From: a virus
Virus record (IMG/VR): IMGVR_UViG_3300045988_096839
Direction: 5' to 3' (one strand)
DNA: 64,000 bases
Within the stretch, counting starts at the first letter, position 1, and every line of letters starts with the position of its first letter. The notes beneath the pieces are model-generated. The model searched no databases and was not told where the DNA came from. It was given only the letters and a program-made list of their open reading frames with translations. Shown here piece after piece: positions 36,309-50,600 of the stretch. The translations under genes and the position numbers were made by a program.

Positions 36309-39300
36309 TTAATTCTTTTTAGCCAAAAAGTCGAACTCATATTGAATATTCTCTAAACGACTAAGCTGTCTATAGATAGGAATCATTTGTCCAATAGAAT
36401 ATAACAATTTATTTTCCCCATCATTTTTACCAGTAGTATATACATCTGTAGGATGCCATAATCGGTCATACAATCGACCTAAATTATCCACAGCAGACAT
36501 AACTGGAAACGGATTCTGAATAATCTGTGTAAATGACCAAGGATTAAAATAAAATGAAAAATCGGTATAAACACGATATAATTGATAAGCTATGTTCATA
36601 TAAACAATATCAATACCTTCATCGTCATCACCTTCAGCCAATCCTCTAAATACATTAGATAATACATAAGCTGATATAACAAGTATCAATTCTGTAATTG
36701 ATTTTTTCAAATTATTTTTTTCATCGGTTGTTAACTAATTCCATCTTAAAGCAGTACGTTTATCTCTATCCAATTGTTTACCTAAAGCAATTTTGATATT
36801 ATCAATAGCAGGATTATAAAACATTTCTTTACTTATTCTAAGTAATGTACTGTGATATCCTTCAATCCATTCACCACGAATATTATCGTAATATCGTTTG
36901 CTAAAACGTCTTTGGAATGAAGTATAAATCCATTTACGGAACATAAGTAATAATTTACCCCATATGTACTATTGTATAGCAACAGCCCATCTACTATTAT
37001 AGTTACCGTGCATACCCATTAAAGTAGATCTTACTCCCATACTGAACTCATTCATTCTTTTTTCATCAAAATTGGCTACTTTATCGTCTACAACTAATTC
37101 TCCGTTTTTATTAAAACTAAGATAATCAATCATACTACCTAACTCATTACCATTTTTATCTATAGCTTTTAATTTGTATAAAGCTGCTAATAAAAATCTT
37201 GTTTGAGTTAATCTTTCACCAATATTAGTAGTCCAGTAAGCAGCATCTGTAGTAAATAGTCTTTGTACTCCTTTTGCTCTTAAATTAGGATCTCCTGCTT
37301 CATAAATACCAAACCAATCCACTAATTGATTTACAAAATCTTCTGGTACTCTTCTACCAATATCAGCTAACATACTACCTGATATAAGATGTTGCCCAAA
37401 CAATTTACTAGCTTTTAACATCGATTTATGGTCTATCCAACGACTACCAAAAGCTTCAACAAACTGATTTAATTCTGCAACAGTTAAGTTATTAATCATA
37501 CTGATGTAGTTGACACCCATAACACGCATAGAATAATATTTCATTATTGTTTTGGCAAGTTTATCTACAGATATGTTACCAATTTCGGTATTAGTACGAA
37601 TTTGATTACCGTAGAACACCTGATCCAACCATGAAGCAAATAATTTATATGTGTTTTCAGATTTGGTAACAGCTTTTTCTTGTTTACCTTGTAATTTACT
37701 TAGGATTGAAACATTTTGTGTTTCAGTAGATCTATTCTTCAATATTTCTGCTGTCATTAACATAAAATCTTCAATCTAAAGTTTTGCTTGATGCTCTAAT
37801 GCGCTGTGTAACCATCTTGCATAAATAGTAGGTAAATCAAATGATTGTAAATCCAAATTCAATCTTTGATTATAAAACAAAGGAATTTGATTTACTACGT
37901 TACCATTCATATCGGTAAATACTTGTCCAGTCATAGCATCATCTTCTACTAGCATAGAAGCTTCTTTTGCATACTGAACAACTCCGTCTTTAACACCTTT
38001 TACACCATCTTCTGATACTCTTTCTACAAATTCTTTACGTATACCAGGTAATCGATAATTCAATTGTAATCTTGAAGATACACCTTTATCACCAATATCA
38101 TTAAGTTGTTTAAACATCTCCCATAATCGATATTTTACATCATTACTTTGTTTTAATTTCTATAAATTATCATATTTCTTATTAGGATATTTTGAACTGT
38201 TTATAACACGATATTGTTCTAACAAATCATCATATGCTTCATTTATACGATCGAACTGTTCCAGACTAATGATATTTTTATCTCTAAAATATTTCCAAGA
38301 TTTCTTATCTTTACCTTCTGCTCTTATATTCTTTAGTATTTTATTTTTATCACTGTCTTTTAAGTCTGATACTATTTCTTTAACAGCTTGTTCAAATTCA
38401 AACAACAATCCTTCTTTATCAATAATTGGCGCATTTTCGTCATACCATTTTTCAATGGCTTCTTGTCTCTACTAAAAAGTAAGTGAATGGTCGTTGTTTA
38501 ATTCCGTGAACATTTTTCTTCGAGCTACTACAAAAGAGTTAGGCACCTCATTAACAAGATATGCTTGACCATCTACGATTTCGATCATATCGTCGTATAA
38601 CTTTCTATGATCTGACCAGTTACCACCTTTATATTTTTTCTCATATTCGTCAGTCAATTTTATCATTTGACGAACTAATACTTGATATTTATGATCAGCC
38701 TGTTGTGTTTTCTCATCAAATATTTTTACGGCTGCTTGAACAAATGGATCTCTTGCTTGAAAAACATTACCAATATTTGCAGCAATTGTACTACATTCAA
38801 ATATATCATCGGCAACTCGTTTCTGACGATTCAACCACGTTGCAGTCTCCTCATCAATTTTATCACGTATTTCTTCTATTTTATTATCGACCCATTTTTT
38901 CATATCTTTTTCATCTACTCGACGATTATTTTCTTTATATTGCCTTTCGAACTCTAATCGATAATTTGCTTCTATGTTTTTAACATAAGGTGTTACTGCG
39001 TCCATATATAATCTTGAACCAATATCCTTATACGATGATATTATAGATCTTTGTAAAGTAGTTACCTCTTTGATAGAATCTGTTAATGTTTCGTATTCTT
39101 CTTCTGTAAAGAATGATTTAAATCTCTAAACGAAACCAGCAATATCATCAACCATATTAAACGATAAAGCCAAATCTCGATAGTTTCTAAGATATACCAA
39201 ATCCCATGTTACTGGTTCAGCATTTCTTTTACTTTCTTGAGTGTATTTTCTATCTATTTGTTTATATACTCTAGATAATTGGTCTATAGCAGTAATTAGA

Positions 39301-41687
39301 TACTGCATCATAGCTTGAGCTTCAGATGCATTACCTATCTAATCTATTTGATATTCTATAGTTTTAGCCTAACTACGTCTACCAGCTCTTCTTTCAATCT
39401 GAGCTTTATTCTACAAAGATTTAAGAATATCACTTATTATTTCTCTAGCAATATTCATTCTACTTTGCGCATATTCTTGGTTAAGTTTATCATCTTGTTC
39501 TCCAAAAACTTTAGTCTTTATATCATATTCCACTGCTTTTTGTCTTTGGATATGAAATACTCCTAATTTTGGATCAACTTCAAAACTACCCATCTTCTTA
39601 CTAAAGAAAGCCTATTCTACAGTTTGTGTTTTACTATTATATTTATATACTATAGGAATAATACCTCTTTCATCAATTTGAACACCATAACTATTCAGTA
39701 TATGTTCATATGCACCTAACTGAAAATCATAAGCGTTTGTAGCAGTTTTAGCACCATTCTTTGACTTATTTACATAAGAGAATCCCCATAAACGTTTACC
39801 ATCTTTATTTTCAGTCTTACCGTCAAGTTCTATACATTTTGTTTTATAGTCAAATATTGCAAATTTACCAGTTTTTTTATTCTTTAATAGTAAGTCAGTA
39901 GTACCAGCTACACCTTTTTCAAAATCAGCAAGTATTGCTTCTGTTGCTACTAATTCGTAATTTTCTGATATATTCTTATATATTTGCTCTAACTATTGTA
40001 ATGCTTTAGAACTCAAAGCTGCTTGTCTTAATTTTCCAGTAGAAACATTTATAATAGATTTCATAAACGCTTCACGACGATAGGAGCCATTGAACATGCT
40101 TTCCAATACAGCATGAATAGTTGTACCTATTATTCTAGAATCATCATTATACGATCTTTGATTTTCACTAATATCTGAATCATCGTATACCGAATATAAA
40201 AGATTCTACTTAAATGTTGATACAGCTGTAAGTGGCTATCCATTGTACATATAAGTATGAGTATCGTCATCGAACTGTATCTTATTCGCTATTTCTTGTA
40301 GTATTGCTCTTACTTTATTTATGTCTTTTACTCTGTCAGAAGCCTTCTAAAAGTAAATCTGCCCTTCTTTTACAATTTGTTGAAAAATGCCTGATTTTTT
40401 AGCTAAATCTTTTCTTTGTAAAAAAGAATTAGTCAACTACATCTACAATGCTAACTTCATTATAGGTTGACCATTAACTACTGCTTTTATATATTGCCAT
40501 AATTTTTTCCAAAAACCGTAAGCGTCACCTTTTTGTTTAACAACCTACTCACCAATAGCTTGTACTAATGCTTCTTCACTATCATACTTTTGTATAGCTT
40601 TTTGTACTATAGGCGTTTCTCTAAACATTTCGATGTATCTGTGAGCATATTCGTGTGGAAGAGTATCCGCTTGATAGTTATCAGATAACATTATAGTAAT
40701 TGCTTCCAAATCAGTAGTATCTATTCTACCGTATTCACCTTCTGGTAAATTCTGATGCCATAATACAGTTATTTCTGGAAATAATCTTGCCAAAGTATCA
40801 GCAATATGTTTAAACGTTCTATCTGTTATAGCATCTCTTGGAATATATGTTTTATTTTCTTTTGTTTGATGATAAACTTTTTTATTAGAATCTGGTATAA
40901 TATTACTATATTCGATCAACGGCTCTCCGTTTTCATCAACGGTTTTGGATATATTACTGTTTTTCTACCATATAGGAATATTGATTTTATCACCAGATTT
41001 TTTCTTAGATACTTGTCTTTCACCAACTTTAGAAAACTATTCAAATTTACCAAACTTATTTAAAGCGTATATACCATCTTCTGATAATTCTCCCCAAGTA
41101 GAGACCATAGAACCTCCAGGAATAAGATTTATTAACTATTTCCAAAGTATTTTACGTTCTTCGTAAGTAGAAGGTATTGAAGTTTCCCCTCTAGATGTGG
41201 TTAAACTTCCAGTTTTTTCAGTAGATGTTTTAAAATGAACAGAATAAAAATTATCTTCGTTGTCTTTAACCAATTCAAAATAACCTTTTTCATGTTGATC
41301 TTTTAGATAAATTTTAACGGCTCTATTTACTTTATTCGGATCATTTTTCCAAGGTTTTGGATATTCTTCAATATCAACTAAATTGTAATCAACTTTATTT
41401 TTATTAAATATATCATTAGACACATTCAACCAATCACCAAACCAATTTCTAAACTCGTCTGTAAACGTTTTAGCTTTAGCCCGAATAGCTAATACTCTAT
41501 CACCGTTAAAATGGTTTAGAAGGTCTGAAAACAGCTTAGAAGGCTATCCATTGGGTGCAAATTCCAGACCATAACCATTATTTTCTGACAGAACATAGTA
41601 GGCAGCGCTTTCGCTGCCCAATATGTCTGTATATTCATCCAGTTGTTTTTTAACTTCTGGATTTTTTCTTAATAAACATGTTGCCAT
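36309..41687 (-). CDS. giant late protein (1792 codons, TAG read as sense) with zincin-like HExxH motif
   Basis: Ten ORF-track fragments (36309..36710 to 41136..41429) share one frame, and every internal boundary is TAG. My hand check of all gaps found no in-frame TAA or TGA. The ATG at 41685-41687 is preceded by AAGGAG, and the true stop is TAA at 36309-36311. I counted 22 in-frame TAGs. HEYAH lies at 40641-40655. Confidence 0.75.
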
Positions 41688-41689
41688 AA

Positions 41690-44600
41690 TTATTTACACT
41701 CCTTTTCTCTTTTCTTACCATTTTCAGTAAGGTTCTTCTAATCAGTTTCAGTAATAATATTAGATGTTTTATTATTGGTAGTTTTATTATCTGCTGTTTG
41801 CATATCATCGTTGTTTGCAGTAATTAATAATACCTATGCACTAAACGGAGAATTACCATTTTCATCATTGTATTTTGTATCCATTGGACTTACAAATCCT
41901 GCAGGTTTTGCACTTTCTAAGAACTGAACATTTTTTGGGAACGCGTCTATAATTTTCTGCATTTGTTCTTTAGATGCACTACCGATTACTGCTACTTTAG
42001 CTTTAGGATAATTCAACTTACCTTTAATAGAATTAAAATGTATGAATTGTTTATCTTTAAATTCGCTATACTTAACCATATTAGAAGCTTCTCTAGACGC
42101 ATTACCATCATCTACATAAACAACAATATCAGCAGCATCTATTGTAGCTAAATCAGCTTTACCGTTTCCTAATTTACTTAATAATTGAGAGAAATCCATA
42201 GAATCAGTAACAGGTATAGCTTTGTTTACTAATGTTTCATACTTCTTGTTTTCTTTCAAAGTAAGATCGATATCTTGTGAATTACTAAAGTGATCTTCAG
42301 ATTCGTATAACAATGATTTTACTTTACCATCTTGTACATAACCATCTGATCTTACTGCATAAGCTTGGAATTTAAAATTACGATAACCTAATCTTCCTAT
42401 TTTGTAATATACTGGATTAACATAAGTATTACCATCAGCAGATTTAGATGTTATCATATCTCCAATCTTATACAAATCATATAAACCAAGTTTGTTTTTA
42501 ACTTTAACGTATTTTGCGTATAAACCAGTGCTAAAACTTACTAATTTATTAGAACCTTTCTTAATAATAAGAATATTATTATCTCCACTTACAGGGAAAG
42601 ATCTATTATATATCTTACTATTAGAAATATCTTTAGCAAAATCATCATCGAATTGAGCCATCATTAACTCAGCAACTTCGATTATGTCATCGTTAACAAC
42701 ACTATCTGGTTTAGATAAGTTATTCATAAGATTTTCAACATAGTTGTTGTACGTTACTCCATTTACTTCCAAATTAGCTAACAACCTAGGTGGAACCAAA
42801 TCAAATATACTTGTTTTAGTTAAACCTGATGCATTAGTATCTGTACCACCAGTTATAAAGAACATGTAAACTGCCAAATCTTTAGCGTATTGTTGCAATT
42901 TAGCATCATCACTCTCATACAACTCTTGCCAAGCTTGAGTTATGTTTGCTTTGATATCAGTATCATCGCTAACTGCGCTATTAACATTAAAGAACTTAGG
43001 CGACCCAGTAGTTGTTCTAGCTGGTTTCAACATATCAAACAGAATTTTACCTGTATTAGTATATTCAGCTAATTGTTTCATTTCGTTGAATCTATCAACT
43101 ACTGTGTTATCTCCAGCAAGAAATTCTTTTAACGGTAATTGACTATTACTAAATTGTTTAGCAATATAAGCATTAAAGAATGTACTCAGTAAAGCAGTTC
43201 TTAATCTTTGACTAAAGCGTTTAACTTGCATTTTACCGTATGCTCCATAAATACCATATCGTTTAGATATTTTATCTATAGTATTCACATAACCTGGTGA
43301 GAATTCAAGTAATACTTTACTAAATATATTAAACAACGCTTTTACACCGAAATCGTATTTCTCACCTAAGAATGTTTTATCAAACAAATCTTGAGGATTA
43401 CTGAATGTAGTATTATATTCAGAAGAGAATTGTTCGTGAGATTGCATAAACTTAATGATATCATTTGCACTAATACCGTATTTACCAGTATCAATCTGTG
43501 CAGCATTTACCATTGTTCTATAATCACCAGACATTCTCTTAAGATACAAGAACGTATTCAAATATCTAATTTGTTGTTTATACCATTCTTCAGAGTCTGT
43601 TTTCTTGATATTGTTTCTAAGATTCTAAGCGCTCATTTCTTCTGGAGTAGCCTTATCGTTAGGATCATATACATAATCGTCTGGTAATTTATCCACGTAA
43701 TTCTTTATAATTTCCTGTAAATAATTTTCACCAGAAGCTCGTTCAGCATCAACACCTACTTGACCTTTCTTAAGATCTACATAGTTGTCTGCAACTTCAC
43801 AAATTATAGGTTGTCCTAACAAGTAATAAGTATCGTTACCCATACCGCAAGATATTAACATTGATACGATATCAAACGTAAAGTCATTTACATTCATTCG
43901 ACCAATATAGTTATCCTTAACGGCATCCACGAACGCATTAATCAATGCAGATGTACTATCTACAATACTTTCACCATTTCTATCAAATATTCTAGGAATA
44001 CCATTATCTTCCAAAGACAATCCTAAACTATTCAGATAATCGTTATCTTGTAATTTTATAGATGCCATCTGTATAAACGCTCTAACAACGTTATTCAACG
44101 CCATAGGACCGATACCAGCACTAGAACCTGCATTTTTAGTACGTTGCTCTATCTAGAATACAGGATTTAAGAACCATCCACCTTTTTTAGTTCTAGGATC
44201 TTTTGATACACCTTTCAAGTTGTCTATATCGTCTTTGATTGCTCTCAACGGGTCTGTTGTAACATCCAAAGGAGTAACAGTATCAACTCTATGATGTTCA
44301 TTGGTAAGTATTAAGAAATATATATCAAGTAGCACGTTCTGTAACTATTCGATTGACACAGAATCATCATTTAAATGATTTAACAAATTATTCAAATTAT
44401 AATCTATTTTCTGTGCTTTACCATCTTTTATTTTAACATTTGGTCTAGACAAGAACATCTTATCGATATCGAAGTCAGAACCAGTTAATGCAGTAATATC
44501 TGATGGGAACATTATAATATCACCTCTTTGTGGTTCAAATACGTCTACTACCTTAATAGGAATAGTTGAGTTCTGACCCTGAGTAGGTACACGATATGAT

Positions 44601-47600
44601 AAAGCAAACAATATACCTTGATTATCCAAAAGGAATTGTCTTTGAACGTCGAATGATTCGTTCTGTAATCCTGCTTCTTTTATTATATCTTCAAACAAAC
44701 TTATAGATAATTTTACTTCCATAAAACCATCTTCATTATATGATTTAAGTTTGCTATCAGCAGACATCTTATTTTTCAAGATGTTATCATAACCTACACT
44801 AGATACCTGGAATAATGGTTTACCTGGAGTCATAATCTTAATGACTGTCTTTTCCATCAAAGCTATGATTCGAGACTATATCCAGTTTATATTAGGTAAT
44901 GCTGAAGGATGTATAACATATTCACCATCTACAGCTGATAAAGCATCCATCATTTCAGGAGTAGCACCTTGAGTAGAAGCCATATCTTGTACAGCAGACA
45001 TGAATTTTTCTTTATTTACATCAAAAGTATTAGGATCGATACCAAATTTTCCGCAGAAAGTTTTATAACCTCTTAATGTCAAAGCATCCAATACTTGCTG
45101 ATAAATTCTTAACAGTTTATCTCCTTTTACCTATACACCGTTAAGTTTATAAGTATGTTTACGGTCAGTATTTAATATAACTACTTTCATAAACTGGGTA
45201 AGTAAAGCAGCTTTGTTATGTTTATGAGGATCAGTATTTAACTGTTTACCAAAGTTTTCAAATTCCTGCATTTGTTTTGGAGCATTTCTGAATGCTTCTT
45301 TGTCGATTTTACCGTCTTTATCATATAATTCAAAACTAGGTATATTTCCAGTCTTAGTACAGCTTTCCATCTTCATGAAATCAGTTTGTGTTTCTTTCAT
45401 TAAATCATAAACGTCTCTCATGTCATGTTCATCTGCAAATATTTTAAATATTGGAGAAGCAGAAAGCTTATCGTATATTTTAAATATATCTTGACTAGAA
45501 CTGTTAGCATCATTACCAAAGAATACATATTTTAATGAGCCCCATATATAATTTCTAGTAAATCCTAATATTTGACCACGATATTCTTTTGGAGAAATTT
45601 CACCAGATTTAAATTTGTTAAATAAATCTTCAATAGATGCAGTATCAATGTTTAATTGTTGCATCATATTTGCATATTCTGTAGGATTTATTTTCTTTAT
45701 TACATCTAGTTCATCATAATGTTCCAATAAGTCGTATGCGTATTCATCTTTAATGGACCATTCTCCTTGACGCTGTTTTAACTATCTGTACATCTCAGCA
45801 GATACCCACGATTGTGCATCAGTCGGATCAATACTACGATACTTAATCAATCTGATATAAGCGTTATCTGTAACTGCTTTAGCCAACTGTTCGTCAGTAA
45901 GTGGTTCACCTTTTTCGTTTACACCATAAGTTCTACGTTGATCTCTATGTTCTAGATATCTTTGAACAAGTTCACCTTTTTTAGCTTGTGGTATAAGATT
46001 TCCTTTACTGTCTAGCAGTTTCTTATAATTCAAACAATTATATTTTACTTTTCCGTCAAGTGTTTCAGGGACATTCAAACTTTCATCAAATGCATCTACA
46101 CCTAAGAATGTTTTTGCTTCACGCTTAAATTTATCCAAATCGTCCACAGGAGTAGTATTTACTTCTATAACACGATATTCTGAAGCATCGTACAATCTAT
46201 CTTCAGCGAAAGCATTAACTATTGTTCCTTTACCGTTTTTCATTGCAACTGTAGATGTTTGCGCAGAATAACGTTTGTTTACAGCATCAATATCTTTGTA
46301 TTGAGCTTTATCACCAGAAACAAGTTTTTCAAATTCTAGGTTATCACACATGTTGTTCATAACAAAGTATGCTACAGCTCTCATTATGTCCGAACTACTT
46401 AACTTCTTATTACCTGCTGGGTTTATTTTCTTATTATCAAGAATTACATTTTCCGGTAATAATTTATTCTATAGTTCCATCTGACCCAACGATTCAACGG
46501 GATTATATCCAGATATTATTTCTTTTGTATCTAAGAAATCCAATACCTGACGTATATTCCATTCCAACATATTTTCGATATATTGCTTTACTTCATCACG
46601 ATTTAACCATTGTTCTATTTCAGTATTAGTAGTTGATGCTGATATCTTGAAGCCATCTAACAAGTCGTTGAAATGTCTTGATTTGTACCCATTGTTTTTA
46701 GGAGAAACCAAATTTATACCAAAATTACGAACAGTAAATGTTCCATCTGGGTTCTTTATAGGATCACCACCTTTTTTACTATAGTGATAAGCTAATCGTA
46801 AATTTACAAGAAGTGGAGCAACATCTGGTCTCTTAAACAAAGCTTCTTGTTCTTCTTGACTCATTGCAGATATAGATTCTGCTGTGTATTTTTTACCAGT
46901 AGCTTTGTTTACAGCGTTAACGAAGTTATCTCTAACGATATATGCTTCCCTTATGGCTTCTAATTCAGATCTAAAGTATCCTCTGAAAGTATCAACAGCG
47001 TTCTGAGTAACCATGAATTTATAACCTATCTTCTGAATAGGACATTCTTCCATAGGAATACTATCTATGATGTACTGTGTCTTTTTATTAGCAAGTTCAG
47101 GTATACTATGGTAATTAGACAATGCTGTCGTGAAACGATTTAACATATCTTCTGTACCAGTAATACCCAAGAAGTCATTACTATTAAAATAATCACTATC
47201 ATTCACTGTACCAACAAAAGTACGCAATATAGGATAATTCTTCTTAGCTATAAAAGATAACCATTTTGAACCACGATATTTAACTTTCTTTCCATCCAAG
47301 AACTCCTTGGTATAAGGATTATTTGTAAATCTTTTTATGAAATCATTGTTAAATATTAATCTGTTAAAGAATCTAGTAACGTGATTATACTGACCAATAA
47401 TATATGCAGTAGCACCCCCTGCTATTCTTACTGTGTCGTTTTTAGCACTACCTAAGCCTTCACTAGCTAATTGTTCCATTAATAAGAACAATAAAGTATT
47501 ATTATCAGGATTAAATTGATCATTAACGATACTACTTATTTCTTGTTTAGATGTTAACAATCGTTTAGCGAATAGTGAATTCTTCATTTTAAGTAAGAAT

Positions 47601-50600
47601 CCGTTATATGATGCTAACAATTTATCTTTTTCTTTTCTATCAAGTTTTGATAGCATTTTATCTACTTCTGTAGCATCTATATCCAATCCAAAGAATTCAA
47701 GAGCTTTAGCTACGTTTTGACCATTTAATACTGCAATTCTAGCTTTCTTACTTACGTTTTCAATATAGAATTTCTAGCGATCTTTTTCATTCAACTAATC
47801 AAGTTGAACTTCTATTCCAGATATTACATCTATTATAGATTGTTTCCACTTATTTTTAGCTGTTTGATTACGCTTATTCTGATTTGAATCTTCAATACTA
47901 GCTTCAATACCACCTTTGTCGTTAATACGATAATTCATAAATATGAAATTATTAACGTATTTAACAACATTACCAAACAGTCTTGCTTTTAATTGTTCTG
48001 TTGTTTCAGGATCTTCCAATATATCAACAACTTGTTTTATAGTCTAAGGTTGACCGTCACGTTTTTGTTGTCTAGCTACTTTCTTAAGGATGGAAATCAT
48101 ATCATCCACATCCTTAGCTTGTTGACAAGCATGACACAACTCATGCCATAATTGATATACGTTTGTATACTTTTGTAAACCTTCTGGAGTAAGTTGAGTA
48201 TCATCAGTAATAGTATAAAGGAATAATCTTATATCTGCATCCAATGATTTATATTGGTTACGCATATATGCTGCAACAATAGAATCATCATTCTGAATGG
48301 TTTTAGTCATACCGCTTTCATCTTTTGGATTCTTTTCGTTTTCTTTCAACCATTCTTCATAATCTGAGAAATCCAAATCGTTAGCATCATCAATAACGTC
48401 TAATGAGAAATTCATACGAACGGCTCTCTTCATATATTTTTCCCAACTCTTCCAATTAGTAACAATTCCTTTTGTTACTTTTTGATAATTGAGTGCTGCC
48501 ACTAAAACAGATTTATCTTTTTCACCAGATTTTAATACAGCTTTAACCATATCTTCTGCTGTTTTAGCTTCATCTTCCCAGTATTTTTTAACTTGTTTAT
48601 AATCAATATTAGTAATACCTGCTTCATTGGTAGTTATTCCTGATGATCTGATTATAGAAGCTAATATATTTCTATAAATATCGTTAAACTGTTGTTGTGT
48701 TGTAGCAATTTCAACACCGTCATATTTATAACCACTAAATAATGGGTCATAACCAAATACTAAGTCAAAATATTCTTTATTTTCTTGGCTTACTTCAGTA
48801 TATGCATATTTTCCTTGATATATATCATTAAATATAGAATTTAATGAATTTATACCATTACGTTTAGTTCTACTATATAATCTATTTATCAACTTATTCA
48901 ATGATTGATAAATTCTATTAAAGAACTTATAAAAAGAATTATCTTGATTTTGTCTTAGTACAAATTTAGCAAATTCATCTGCAAGATATTCTTGTTTTTC
49001 TCTTTCAGATTTATTTCTAAATGAAGGATTGCTATCGATCAACGCTTCATACATAGCTTGTCGTTGATTTTTAGGCATCAACAGTATTGATACTCTATGG
49101 AATGCTTCATGATAAGCAACACCTCTCTTTATTTTGTTCTTCTTAGCATCTCTAAACAATCTGATACCATTTGATGTACAAACACCGTATACATATACCA
49201 TAGCGTGTTTAGCAGCGTCAAATCTAAACGGTAACGAATTATCAATACTAAAATCAAAATCTTCACCCAATATTTTTTTAGCAGTGTTTATTGCTTTATC
49301 GGCATCTTCCATTCTAACGAAGTTTTTAAAGAATGAAACTACTGCTTTTTCTAGTTTGGATTCAGAATCTTTTTTCTTATTATCATAATTCTTTAATACT
49401 GCACCAATCTTATCAGAATTCTAGAATAATTCCGCAACTTTTTCAAAATTATTAGGATATCTATCAGTTATTAAACCGGTATATGTTTCTTTTAGTTGAT
49501 TAATTCTCTTTGAAACATCATCTGTAGAATCATAATTAGGTGTAGATAATATTAATATTTGAATAGTATCTTCTGTTATATCCTCTAATAATTTATCTAT
49601 TTGTTTGTCATCTAATTTTTCTGATTTTTTATCTGTTTTAGTTTCAGTTTTAACTTCACCTTTTTTATCAACGACATTACCAGTTAAATCAAACAACGGT
49701 GATGCTTGTTTTTTATCCTAAACATCTGGTGTAATACCCAAACCAGGACCATTAGTATCAGGATTAGAACTTGCTGTAAGATTAGGATTTGTCAAATCTA
49801 CAACATAATCTTCTTCATCGCTACTGTTATTCATCCAATCTTCATAAGTATCGTCAACGAAAGAATCAGATAAATTTAATTTATCTTTATTATCGTCATA
49901 ATACTTTTGAATTTGGTCAAATGTTTTTTGAGGATCGGTTTGATCTTTAGGTATAATCAAAGGTTGTAATTTATTTTTATTTTTTGATTCAACTTTTTTA
50001 TCTGCTTTCTAAGTAGTAGCTTTTTGTTTAGCTGGATTAGCAGGCGTTTCTTCTTCCTGATTGTATGATAATATTACTTTACTTTCACCGTCAGCTATTA
50101 TCTCAATAGTAATAGGTTTATTGTTTATAGCCAACGTTGCTAATTTATTATCAAACTGCAATGGATTATAAACACTACCATTGTTATCAAAATCAACTTC
50201 GTAATTCTTTCCATTAATCTTGATAAACAACGTATCAGGATCTGTATCTTGAACTATTTGTTTTATCTCTTCTTTATATTCGTTTATGATTTTTACGTTT
50301 TCGTCATCGGTAGATGCGCGTTTTGAAGTTTTCTTTATCTGAGTTTTCGCTTTTTCTGCGCTATCTTTTTTCTTTGTAGTAGTTTTAGTGTTTTCCTCAG
50401 TCATTCCTTCAAATACGTCATTGAACTCAAAATATACGTTAGGATTACCACCAAATATAGTAGAATCCTCTTTTGTACTCATATCAGTTTTAACAAATCC
50501 ACTGTTTACTACTTGAGATATGTAATTATCTCCATCTACTTGTTCGTAAACAATATTTCCAGAATCATCCAATATAGTAAAAGAACCTTGTACTAATCCG

